The position numbers and the translations under genes are program-made. 64,000 nucleotides of DNA, taken from positions 1 to 64,000 of the forward strand of contig MU053520.1 in assembly GCA_013239625.1 (NCBI GenBank), written 5' to 3'. The DNA is from Lama guanicoe (taxonomy: Eukaryota). The notes under the pieces were generated by a model. That model saw only the letters and a list, made by a program, of their open reading frames with translations. It was not told the origin of the DNA and did not search any database. Positions 1 to 12,514 of this stretch are shown here, piece by piece (position 1 is the stretch's first letter; each line of letters opens with the position of its first letter).

Positions 1-650
1 CTGTGAGCACTCTGTGAGAATGAGGCTGTTATGACAGGATCACATCACCCCCTTTCATGCATGCACCTTGACCATGGGGCTCCTATGGCAGACCCAGGTT
101 CCACTCTACACATTTTAATTTTGACCTGGACCACACTCCAGGCCCTTTAGGCTGTCTCCGTGCAGCCAGATCAAGTCTTCTCCCCCATCTGTCTCCTGGA
201 GCCCAAGTTTCAGCACACAGCTGCAGTGTATACCAGCAGGTACACATCTTGAGCTGGGAAGTGCAGTGAGGTGGCCAGGACCATTTATACTGGTCTTTCT
301 CTATCCTATCTGCTGGAAGTCAGCTGCTGAACTCTCATCTGAGTATCTCAGTCTTCCTATCTGTCCTGGCTGATCTCCGAGCCAGTGAAGGGTGTTCTAA
401 GAGTGAGGGAGCCTTTTGTCTTTCACAGCTCTCTCCCAAGGGTGCAGGTCCCATCCTGACTCCTTTCTTTTTGCCCTACCAAACTGTGTGGTGATCTTTC
501 TTGACACTTTGTTTGTATGGGAGCTTCTGTCAGGGTTAAGTGGGTATTCTCTGAGAATTGTTCCACATATAGTTGTATTTTTTGTGTATTTGTGAGAAGA
601 GGTAAATTCCATGTCCTTCTAGTCTACCAACTTGATATCTGCTCCCTCCT
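1..650 (-). mobile_element. LINE-1 5' end/5'UTR (runs off the window start)
   Basis: Reverse complement of ~575-634 reads caagttggtagactagaaggacatggaatttacctcttctcacaaatacac, homologous to the L1 5' termini at 12525, 15804, 19037 and 55590. Confidence 0.75.
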
Positions 651-674
651 ACCCCATTTAAATCTTTGTAATCT

Positions 675-810
675 TGACAATCCACAAGTCTGATATTATT
701 CCCATTTTATAAATGATTAAGCAACACTTAAGAGAGGTTCTATAACATACCCTAGGTTTAACAGAGCTGAGTCTATATCTCTAGGCTTTTAAATCTAAGT
801 CTAGGGATAA
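675..810 (-). mobile_element. MIR SINE fragment
   Basis: attattcccattttataaatga...agagaggtt...cctaggtt resembles the reverse MIR core; heavily diverged. Confidence 0.5.
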
Positions 811-1384
811 TAAGCCTGTGTTTATTATCAAATAAAATTTAAAAACAAAACAAAACTTCTTACTATTCAGTTATAAAAAGTCCCAAAACCTATCAGTGGA
901 AATACAGATATTTGTTTCTGTGAGCTACTTTGCAATTACTGTCTTTTTGCCCCAGGAAAATGGCAACCACTTAGCTCATTTATCACACTGTCCTAGACTT
1001 TTTGAATAGTGGGAAGATGGAGAGGCTTAAAACTTAGCGTCCCACAATATCAGCTCTCAGAGACTTTAATTGTTAACAAATTTTGAAAAGAGGAGTAATT
1101 TTAGTATTCTTTGAAAATTGAATTGAGTTACTCAAGCAAGAGATAGTGATACATATGAGTGTGTGTATGTATACATATATATATGAGAATTTATGTGACT
1201 ATAATAATAATAATGTATTAATTATCTTCTATATTGTAAACATTATGTTCAGAACAGAGCTGGCATAGGAATGCAGGATAGTCTGACTCCAAAGTACACA
1301 CTCCAAACCACTATGTTATATTAGAATATGCATGTGATGAATGTATGTTTATGTGAATATATATGTATATCTCTATATTAGTTA

Positions 1385-3520
1385 GATTTCTTTCCATTGC
1401 AAGTGAAAGAAATTCAACTCTAGTTAACTGATAAAAAAGAATTGACTGTTAAATAAAACAAGAAATTCCAGTGATTTATTGCATTCATGAATCACAATGC
1501 TTAGGAGCACAATATTTAAAAGCTGTGTATTTGGCACCATCATACTCTTGGTTATGCTTACCACATTGCCTTAGCCTCATTCTCTCTTCATGGCTCTACT
1601 TGGATAATTTCCCTACATTTTAGATCAGTCACTGTTGCCAGGGAAATTGTATGAACATTAATATTAATATTAATAAATAATATTAACATTGAGCAGGTTT
1701 AGACCATGTATCATTAGTGTCCAGGGCCTGACCACTATAACTGACTATCCTAAGAGAACTGTATAGAATTTATAGGGTTCCCAAGAGAAATTCTGCATAG
1801 GAAATACATACTACATCTCTACTATATTCCACCATTTGGCTATTAAAAATATGTAGAATCTCTTTCTTTTCATATAATTTAAAAATACCTCTACTTAATA
1901 TGAAGTTAATCCAAATGTACTCACCTCTTACCTAAAATGGGCAATTCAGAGTCATATTTAGTTTTGCCTCTATCTCCATGTTTAGAATCTCAAGATCTAG
2001 GTCAGGCCCAAATGTGGATTATCAACCTATGGATAAATCATAAACTTAACTTTCTCTAACATACCCAAAGTGAAGTAAGTCATGACAAATACAGTGTAAA
2101 CTCCCATACAGAAAATAGAAGTAAGCAATCACAGAGTGATTGTTAATCTGCTTAGTCTGCCTTGTCATTAGAGTAAGTTCCTTGATTGGACAACTTGGCA
2201 GTCAAAGATTCCACATGTTAGAAGGAGCTTCCATGTTTCTTGTTGGTCGTCATCATGGTTGAGAGGAAGTATATGCAGATTACTTTTGGTTAGCTTTGAT
2301 ACTTTCTGATGTCATGGTTATACAGTTTGAAAATTGTCTTGGTCTTCTGAATAGTCCTGGAATTTCTCTCATAATAGCAGCCACTCAAATTCCAATAACC
2401 ACCAGTTTGCTTAACAGGAAAATCATGAGCTAGTAATAAATGGTAAAAACATTGTTGGTCTTTTTTATCTGGACCCCACATTAAGGATATCCATCTTTAG
2501 CAGTAGGTTTTAGTGTTCAGCCCAGTCTTATGTCCAGCCTTCAGGTGAAATCCTTTCAGATTAGCCTTTATCTTCAGGAAAATTAAACAATAGATTAGAA
2601 TGGAATAGCAAAGGGACTCTGGTTTTCAACTGAGTCTGCTTCCCAGGTATTTAAGGTAGGGGACATTAATACCTTTCTTATTTGATGTGTACAATTTTGG
2701 AGAAAGTTATGATTCACTCAGTCTTTCAAACTTTTAATGACTTTTCATAGGTATCAATTTTGTAATTCACTATACTGTATCCTGTTCTGCTTTTATAAAT
2801 TTAAAGAATGGGAAAAACAGTAGACTGTATTTCACAAAGGACTGACTTGTCTGAACCTGAGTAGTCTTGGATTGCTGACCTGAGCAGAAAATTTCTCTCA
2901 TATATGATTCTTGTTTCTTTGCACACTGCTTTTAGAGGGAGCAAAATTGGCAGAAGACTTTTTCTGCTCTAGAACTTTTCAAGGGTGTAAGAAATTACCA
3001 ACATATTACCAATATTTTTCTACCGATTATCTTGAAATTATAACATTGGTAGGGAAATGTATGAAGGTTCTTTATGTTGACAAATGACAGAAACCCAAAT
3101 CAAACTTGGTCCAGGAGATAAGGCAGTTTATTGATTCATGTAATTGAGATACTTAGGTGTTTTCAAAATTATTGGATTCAGGGTCTCAATAAATGTCAAT
3201 GGGGCATTTATCAATTAACCAATTTCTCTTTGTGTTTATCAACTTGATTTTTTTCCTGTATTTTAGTATTTTGCTCTCCTGCTATAGATAGAATTCCTCA
3301 ATATGTCTGGATAAGATATCCACTTTGTGGTGTAATTTTACATACATACACTTTAACAGTTGAGGCATATTAATATTATTTATACCTAAACTGATAGATT
3401 ATTAGCAATCAGCTGCTTGCCTTGATTGGGTTATAGTCTCACTTCTTCAACCAATCTCTTTAATTCAGAAGATGAGCCATTAATGTTGATCAGGTCTAGA
3501 TCACTGCACTTTGACAGAAA
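1385..3520 (-). mobile_element. Degenerate ERVL-MaLR (MLT1-like) provirus remnant: LTR ~1385-1825, internal ~1826-3050, LTR ~3060-3520
   Basis: Two related LTR-like ends (ttgcaagtgaaagaaattcaactc at ~1397; ttgacaaatgacagaaacccaaatcaaact at ~3077). Reverse of 1820-1840 is ccaaatggtggaatatagtag, resembling the MaLR PPT/LTR boundary. Confidence 0.5.
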
Positions 3521-3539
3521 ACACTATTTTCAACAAACT

Positions 3540-3885
3540 CTTTTTCCTTTGGGGAGGTGTGCAGAACTAAATTATATCTCCAAGTTTCCCTTCCATTTAT
3601 GTGTAGATGAATGATTGACTTTTGGTCAATGGAATTTGGGACAGAAGCAAAGCCCAGCTCTTCCAAACCTCATCCACTTAAACCTATAAAATAGTTTTTC
3701 ACTCCCTCTTTCCTCATCCACTAACTGACTAGAGACAATTTTTAGAAACTAGAAGGAAGCACTAATTCCTGAATAATAATCCAGAAGACCACTCACCATC
3801 CAGGAATATCTGTGTTGGATTTATATGAATTTGATTCAGGTGTTTGTGCATTGTAGCAACTATCAACATTTATGCTAGTAACTTT
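3540..3885 (+). mobile_element. MLT1-like LTR fragment
   Basis: tatatctccaagtttcccttcc...tgacttttggtcaatggaatttggg...gaag resembles MLT1H/I/J LTR motifs. Confidence 0.45.
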
Positions 3886-4014
3886 CTGTCTCATGTAATT
3901 AATTTTCAGGTTCTTAAAAACTTCATGAATTTGGGAAGAGTCTTTTCAAGGATAAAATTCTATGTAGACTTAAAAAAAGTATATGTAATATTACCAATGT
4001 TTGATGTATTTATA

Positions 4015-4410
4015 GACATATGGATATATCTCCCAGATCCCTCTTCTAGGAAGAATTTGTCATCCAGTCATGGGGAATTCAGCCAGCAGGCAACCTCCGG
4101 CTGTCCAGTATTTACCTCAGCTACAGAGATCCACTCCACCAAGGTCATATCCATTCAGAAGCAGCCTAGATACAGTGACTGAGCAAGGTAGGAATATAAA
4201 GTCCCAGTGATTCTGGCCAGACACAGGGCATTATTATATTCCAGACCTCCTTGCCAAACTGACAGAAGCTCTGTTGGATCTGAATGACAATTCTTTCTTC
4301 TCTGCTTGATCCCACGTCCCATCCTTTCTTTTCACAAATATTGATTCCTCATAAGTATCTAGAACCTCAAACTCCATCACTACCTCTTTCTGAAGAATTC
4401 AGTCTTCAGC
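4015..4410 (+). mobile_element. LTR16-like ERVL solo LTR
   Basis: cccagatccctctt...cctcagctacagag...ccaaggtcat...gcagcc...cagtgactgagcaagg...tataaag resembles LTR16A/C motif order. Confidence 0.6.
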
Positions 4411-4414
4411 AATA

Positions 4415-4435
4415 TGTGTGTGTGTGTGTGTGTGT
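4415..4435. repeat. (TG)n microsatellite
   Basis: About 10 TG units seen directly. Confidence 0.95.
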
Positions 4436-4489
4436 TCATTTTTAGACAGATTCTGTATCTATGTGTATATGTATATTCCATAGCTAGTT

Positions 4490-4640
4490 CATTTAGATAA
4501 AACTCCTGCTTCCACTGTTTACTGAATGAAGATAGTAACAACTTATCTCAAATGGCTGTATTGAGATGTAAATGGTTTAATCCGTGAAAACTCAGAACAG
4601 TGACTTGTACATAGTAAATGCCCAAAAAATGTCAGTGATT
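4490..4640 (+). mobile_element. MIR 3' fragment
   Basis: tgagatgtaaatgg...gtgaaaactcagaacagtgacttgtacatagtaaatgcccaaaaaatgt resembles the MIR tail. Confidence 0.55.
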
Positions 4641-4953
4641 TACAGTTTAGTTGTATATGTGTATGTGTCTAATCAGGAAGATTTGGGGAATATATGCCTC
4701 GATTAATGCACAGCACACCCAAGAATACAGTAACTATTGCTAAAAGCTACCTGTTTTCCATGCTTCAAACAGATTACTAACAAAGCTGCCTTATTTTAAT
4801 ATACAATGGACCTTCTAACTATTTTTCACTAATATAACCGTAACAACTCCAAACATAGTATTTAACTGGAATGAGCTACACTTTATTGATGTGGTTTTGC
4901 TGAAAATGACTTCTAAAAAGTCTCAGAGAAGGTTGTGTTTAAAAAGGAGCTTC

Positions 4954-5272
4954 TAAAAAAAAAGGCAAATGAACCTATATATAAAATAGAGACAGACTTG
5001 GAGACATAAAATACAGACTTGTGGATGTTAGAAGGGAGGAGGGTGGAAAGGGATAAACTGGGAGTTTGAGATTTGCAGATATTGATTGGTATATATAAAA
5101 TAGATAAACACATTTATACTGTATAGCACAGGGAAATATATTCAAGATCTTATAGTAGCTTATGGTGAAAAAGATATGAAAATGAATATATGTATATTCA
5201 TGCATGACTGAAGAATTGTGCATTACACCAGAAATTGACACAACATTGTGAACTTACTATAACTCAATTAAA
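4954..5272 (+). mobile_element. 5'-truncated L1 (3'UTR only) with degenerate TSD
   Basis: Colinear with the L1 3'UTR at 47690-48000. Flanks aaaaaggagcttc (4941-4953) and aagaaggggcttc (5273-5285) match 11/13. Confidence 0.85.
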
Positions 5273-8200
5273 AAGAAGGGGCTTCCATATGTAAACAGCA
5301 GTTTCTCCTCCAACAATTAAGGCTGTAGTTTCCATTGCCATTCTGACATCCTCAAATCTGGATTCATTGTAACAAGTAGATACTGATTGAGAGTTTCATT
5401 TTTGCCTTCTTTTGGCCTCTATTTTCAGATTTCCTTTTTAATTCTTGAAATGTCTGCAAAATTAAGGTCTAGAAAAATAAGGGTCTGACTTTCAAAAGTC
5501 TTTGCTATTTTATCATGTTCCTTTTTCAGCCAAAATCAAAGTTCATTTTTCTGGCAATTTCAATAACCTATACACTGTGACCATTTTTTTTTTTTTTACT
5601 TTTTGAATGATTCTAAGTCACAGTGGCCAATCACTGATTCGCAGGTCTCTTAGAGAGGGAGTGGGGTTATCTTTTGCCTCCTCTTGACTGTATGCTCCCA
5701 GTGAAAGTTTTCTTCCATAGGACTAGTACAAGTTAGTCATTTGATTATTAACTGGAACAGGCTTGAGGGAGAAGAGGAAAAGAGAGAACAATATGTCTTT
5801 CAATATGCTTCTCTGTTTTCAACTTTCAAAGCCAAGAAGAACTTCTGGAAGGCACATAGTTTTAGGAACCAAGCATTTCAAGAGCTCTCAGAAAAGAATG
5901 GGCATTGCATCAGGAGAGAAACTTCATTTTAAACTCTCTGTTCATTTTTTTTTAAATATTCAGCATTAGCACCTGGAAACTTTCACCATTCCCAGGCCCC
6001 TTATTCAGGTAAATGCAATTACCTTTAAAAGCACAAAACAGTAAACTAGATTCCTTATTTTCCTAAAACAGTATGCTGTGAAGGAGCAAATGGCAAATTT
6101 CCATCTTTTCCCCTTCAACTAATAATAAGTTCTACCAAATTATTTTGACTTGCTACTCATGAATGATCTTGTTTTGTACAGATATTGTTCTAAGTTACAT
6201 ACAATTCTTTAGTGGCTTCATTCTTTCATATAGAATCAATAATTAGCTTTGCTGGTTTAATGCATATTCTACCTATTATAAGTTCTGTGAGATACTTGAG
6301 AAGACAGTTTATTTTATATTCACCTTCATATTCCTAGCATGTAGCATGTAATTCAGAATAGGGTTTTGCATTTTTTTGTCCTGAATAAAATTAACTTGTA
6401 GTATTAAAATTGTCTTGATTGTGGTTATATCCTCATATGTACCTACATGGAAGATGGCCTTTTGGATAAGCTAATTAAAAGGTAACTTTTGGGGATTAAT
6501 TTGAATATCAGAACTGCTCTTATCTTCTACAGTATACATTACACAAATATAAAAAAAGGGTATTCATCTCCAAAAGGAAGAATAAAGATCTTTACTGTTA
6601 TTATATGCTGTTATTACTAATTGAAATAAGTAACAGTAGACTATAATAGCCTTTCTGGCATATAAATAAACTAGAAGAACATATAGTCACATTTTTAATA
6701 GCTTGTTTTATGAGATGTCTTATAGTATTAAAATTGTGACTAAATTTCATTTAAAATTTCATTTAAAATTTCAGTAAAGGTGATTATAGAAAATGTTAAA
6801 ATAGGCATATAGCTTCTACTGAGTAATTCATACTGTGTAGTAAGTATCCAGATAATGTAACATTTTAGCTGTGTAGATTGCAAATTGACTAAAATTATTG
6901 TTTCACCTATATGATTGACCAACACCACTTATTTATGTAGATATTGTCCTCCCAGAAAATTTGCATTCCCAGAATGGAACATGTGTACCAGATTTGGTGC
7001 ATCTAATCTAAAGTTGAAGAGAGTTTCTAACAACAATCTTTCCACTTTTCTTCCTATGCTTCCTAGAGACAGTTTAAGTTAGGCTAAAATTGTTATCTAA
7101 AGGGGAGTTTGAGAATAGGTCTTTCAGAACATGAGATGCTGTTTTCAGATATATAGGTGGATAGTTTGGGCTAATTAAATTATTCAAATATTAAAGTTAT
7201 TTTGCTATGGGATAAATGATCATAATTATTTCAGAGGGATTTGAAAAAATGCTGTCACTGTTTCCTGATTTTTCCTTTACATTAAACGAATGGAAATAGA
7301 TCACTAAAAATACCCATGAAATCTGGGTAAATACTTATTTTAATTTTTAACAGAGTTGTGCACCAATTTATCTAAAATTCATAAGAGGATGATCTCAAGT
7401 AAGGTTTTTACATGTGGTAAAATTACTCAAATTTCACGAATTTAAACTGTACCTCTAATCTCAGAGAATTCTGAAAGTAACAATGCCCTTAACTTTTCTT
7501 AAATTTCAGGAAGTAGTTTCTTTATTTCTCCATTAAAAAAAAAAACTCTGTAAATATTGCTAGGTGCAGACACTTCCAAGTCACAGGACTGGTGTTAACA
7601 ATAGCTATAAGATGAATCAGATACACATATTTTCCTTTAGGGGGCCAAGATGAGAGAAAGGGAGCTGACACTTAAAAAAACAACTATTGTAATCAGGCTT
7701 GATGTTTTGTGTTTTCACATATATTACTCATTCATTTGATGCCCATAAACTGCAATGAAGCATCATTTTTCTTATTTGACAAGCAAGCAAATTGGATAAC
7801 ACATACAAATTTGTACATTTGGTAGACATGAAGCCAGAGCTAATTTCTGAATCTTTATTTTTCCCTTCTGTGCTCTACCCTATTGCTTACAGTTAAGGAG
7901 GAGAGAAGAAATAAATATAATATAATATGATATACAAAATGTTAAATACCAGAAGGGGAATACTGATAAAATAATGTGAGAGTTTTGCAGTTTTCCATTT
8001 TGCACTATAATGACTGAAAGACAGGTAAGGAACTTGACTTATAGCTTAGCATTTAGCATTAGTTTTAGCCCCCAATGGTTCAAACCAAAGTGAGCTTGTT
8101 GGAATATTGTTCTATTGTTTAGAGTTGAAACCATTATTAATCACCAAATAATTATGACATATGTTTTTAGATTAAACAGCCAGGTTAATATTGGGTATTT

Positions 8201-8541
8201 CTGTATCTTTTTAAAAAATCACCTTTTAAAATTAGCATTCTACTTCCTTTCCTTCGGCTAGGTCTTCTAAAAGTCATTTTGAAACCATTACATCCCATAA
8301 AGTATTTATAGGTGCTGGCCTCCTTTTTTCAGGATGATGACAACCATAATTACAATTGGAGGTCACAGCCTTTCACATATTCCTATAGATTTAGGGGTTA
8401 TAAACTCATAAAGAAGCCCTACATTTCCATTTTAATGATACAAACCAAAAATTTTATTGTGGAAATCTCCAAGGGACTCACAAGTGATCAACTTTTTTTC
8501 TCAGTAGTGAGTCAGCAATTGTACTTTTAAAAGAATCTGAA

Positions 8542-8640
8542 AATATGAAAATGAATAAATATATGTATATACATGACTGGGGCATTGTGCTGTACACCAG
8601 AAATTGACACATTGTAATTGACTATATTTCAGTAAAATTT
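8542..8640 (+). mobile_element. Very short L1 3' terminal fragment
   Basis: aatatgaaaatgaata...catgactggggcattgtgctgtacaccagaaattgacacattgtaa matches the terminal ~100 bp of other L1 copies in the window. Confidence 0.75.
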
Positions 8641-11267
8641 TAAAGTATAAAGAGATGTCACAAAACATGAAAAAATAGAGAATTTGAAGAGACTATTCAT
8701 ACCCACTGCTGACTGTTCCAAATATGTCTCTATTTATCATTTTCTACTTTTTCCTTAAACACAGAATATTTATTTGCTGAATACTTACTATAAAATCTAA
8801 TCTAAGTCATTCTTAGGCAATATATAGATACTAGGCATCCAAGTGCCAAGAGTGATGGTTAAATAAAGACAAAAGAGGGAGGACATGACTCTGGGTTCTG
8901 ACCAGTCTCAGTGAAGAAAGATATATATTTACCAAATTTGCAAAAAGAAATTTGTCTCTGCTCAGTTAAGAATAGAGTAACATAACATCATTACAATCAC
9001 AAAGTGGTCTGAAGATTTGAAGGCCCTTGGAAGACTGTACCCAATGAGGTGGGTGATCTATGAAAACAGGAACATAAGTGTTCCAGATAACCACTGGGGG
9101 TATGGTGGATAAGTAATGGAAACTTAGTAGGAAAATAGTAGCAATAAGCAAATTAATATTTTTCATGAATATTAGTGAATACCTCTTGGGAATTCTCAGA
9201 GATGTTAGAAAGAGATAGGGGATTTGTCAGGGGCTTAAAATCCTGTATGAGCAAAGAGAATATATATTCAATGTTAATAAGAGTTTGTTTGCATATTAGT
9301 GAAGACTTCAGCCAAAGATTGATCCTAATTTGTTATAAGTTTGTTTTCTTGTATAATGTTCATCTTTCCCACTGTATTGTAAACTACATGAGGGCAGAGA
9401 AATTACTCCATGCACTAATTTTCTGGAGTGGAATAGAAGCTTCTTAAATGTTTGTTAAGCATCATGGAAAGAGATCCCAATATTTGAGGCATTCTCTGTC
9501 AAATGTTTCAGGCAATGATAATAGCTATAATTCAGTGAACATAAATTATGTTCCAGAAAATTTGTGTATTAGATGTTTACAAACATTAACTAATTCAATC
9601 CTCATAAGCATCTTGGAAAAGAGATACTTTTCTTTTAAATTCTATTTCTGACATCTATTTGCTGGTGACTTCTAGAAAGTTGCTTAATCTTTTTGTGCTT
9701 TTGTACTACCATACATCAAAAAGGAAAGGGAGGGATAATACATACATTCTAACATGATTGTGATGAATATGTGCCCTTTGCATAGTAGATTGCAATGACA
9801 ATACTCATTTCCATCCTTCTTTCCCTTCTCTTGTTTACCTTGGCTTCAGAAGAGGGTAATACCTCTTTCTATAGAGGACTGTCCAAATAATGTTTACTTA
9901 GAAATGCCATGTATTATCTTTCTTTTTCTCTTCTTCTCTTTCTTTTTTTTATTTCTCCCTTTTTCTTTTTACTTTGGTTTCTTAAACAAAAAAAACTTTA
10001 AAGTTTTTTTTTCTGCTTTGTTGGCATTGTTGTTCTCAGAATAATGGTGTTTCTCTTTTGCTTCAGATTGCTTTATATGCCACCCCTCATTTTCCATCTC
10101 CACGCAGCCCAGTATGTTGGAGGTATCAAAGGTCACTGTGGAGAGTCCTTCATCATTTTGACAACCTTTATAAGTTTACTGCTTCTGCTGGTAATTATAG
10201 GAAAGGTTACTTAAAAGTAGTAACTGCCAGAGGCATTTGCTCTTCATAGTAGTGAATGATCAAAATATATCCAAGTTTGGGGCAAAAAAATAAACAAATA
10301 AAAATTGAAGAATAAGATGAGGTAATAAAGTGCAAAGGCAACTCTAAAAAAAGCTGATCCCAATAGAAAAATACTGAAATATTGATTTTAGGAATAAATG
10401 AACTTAATTTCACCCTATTCCAAGGGTGGAAGCTCATGGATTGTGCCTTTTCCCTGAAGCCATATTACCCACATAACAATAAAACTGAGTCTCTTAAGGC
10501 ACAGTATTTTATTCATGTGACATCAAACACCTGGGATCTGGCTAGTTAAAACTATAGATTGTAATCACAAAATTAAGTTAGTACCTTCTTGAGGGGTGTT
10601 ATTATTGTTAAAGTGAACACAATGTTTCCATGATTATATCAAAAGTGTGTTCCTCCATTAAAAAATTTATAGTGAATGTAGCTCAATTAAATAATAATAA
10701 CTACTATTAATTGAACTTTTAAGATGTTCTACACATTGTGCAGGCAACTTAATCACATCTTCCCATGTAATCAGCACTGTAGTCAACACTATTGGGGCAA
10801 ATAATCAACAATATTATATTGTTATTCCCAAAGTTCAGAATCAAATGAGATTTAATAAACAAGACTAGGGCAGATGGAAAAAAAACTTAATTTTTCATAC
10901 TGATAAAGATTATTGAATAATATAGCTCTAGATTTGCAGCCAAAAAGAATAATGAACACTTCACTTCATTGTAAACAGACTTCTTTCTCAGTTACTGAAT
11001 GAGCTGGACAATCCACTTTCCTCAAAGTAGCAATGCTTTCCCCGTTATGTTTACAACACATCAGAGAGCAGACTGGATTGTGTTTCCTGGAGAAAAAGAT
11101 GACTCTAAAAAGAAGAGACTGAACTGGGCAGTCTTTTTACTTCTTCAAAATTTTTGATCAAATTAGACTCTCCTTTGTGAGAAAGAAAAACTGAGGAGAC
11201 AGAGAGAAGCTGCAAGTGTTTCTCCTATGATTCCCTTCACATCATTGAGTGTAAAGATCAAATGTTC

Positions 11268-11666
11268 TTTTTTATTATTATTATTATTGAGTTATAGCCC
11301 ATTTACAGTGTTGTGTCAAATTCCAATGTAGAGCACAATTTTTCAGTTGTACATGAACATACATATATTCATTGTCACATTCTTTTTCACTGTGAGCTAC
11401 TACAAGATCTTGTATATATTTCCCTGTGCAGTATAATCTTGTTTATCTATTCTACATATGCCTGTCAGTATCTACAAATTTCAAACTCCCAGTCTGTCTC
11501 TTCCCACCCCTCTCCTGGCACCACAAGTTTGTATTCTATGTCTATGTGTCTGTTTCTGTTTTGTATTTGGGTTTTTTTTATTTGTTTGTTTGTTTGATTA
11601 GATTCCATATATAAGTGATCTCATATGATATTTTTCTTTCTCTTTCTGGATTACTTCACTTAGAAT
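11268..11666 (-). mobile_element. 5'-truncated L1 (end of ORF2 + 3'UTR)
   Basis: Reverse complement is colinear with 29405-29800 (same 3'UTR type, tatgcctgtcagtatctacaaattt). T/TTA-rich tail at 11268-11289. Confidence 0.9.
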
Positions 11667-12514
11667 TTTCTTACTTCATTAGAATTATGAGAAGGGAGAA
11701 ATAGATGGCCCCATCCCCAGCAAGTACCATACTATTACACAATTAATAACTGAGAAAATAAGCTTAAGATATTAAATGACTTTCTTAGTTTCACAAAACA
11801 AGTGGCAGGAAAAGACTTCTACCAAGTCCTTCAGCCCTCAAAGCTTTAACTGTGACTGTCTGAAAGTAACAAATCATTTAGCATCACAAATTTATAGAAC
11901 ATAGAGGAATTTGGGATTTATGTAGTCTGTAACATGCAAATAATATTTAAATGATTAAAATAAGTACCATTGTGTAATTAATACTAAATCATATATTTAA
12001 AAGACAATACATATACTCAAGTTTTAATTTGTAATTTAACATATTTTTGCAAACATAATAATTTAGTCAGGCAAACCAAGTGGAGAGTTGCTTTCCAAGT
12101 GGACACAAACAACTGATGAGTCACGGGAGCACAGATAATTATGCTATGCTCCAAGAATCACAGATAATTCAATTGGGATGGGTCCAAAGGATGACTGAAT
12201 GTAGGATTATGACAGACACTTACAAATAAAAAGCTGGCAGAGGATCAAAATAAGGTGAACTTTGTACTAATGTGCTAAGAACGTTAGAATTCCTCCTGAA
12301 GTTACCAGGAGTCCCCAAAGTTTATAAAAACTGTCATATTATATGCTTTACACTTTAGAAATATTACTGATAGATATATAGAGGGAGCATCACTCCCTCT
12401 ATATAGAATGTGACTGGGGATAACAAGACCAGTCTAGACTATTAAATAATCTAAAAATAGAAGATTATAAGATATCATTTCTGGGAAACAAATAACTATA
12501 TAAAGAAACTGATA

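Noticed and set aside
6742..6775. 12-bp tandem aaatttcattta x2.5
   Set aside because: Ordinary slippage duplication in AT-rich DNA; no spacers, not CRISPR-like.
11651..11690. Duplicated ttacttca(c)ttagaatt at the 5' junction of the minus-strand L1
   Set aside because: Minor junction duplication typical of 5'-truncation repair; not a TSD and no further significance evident.
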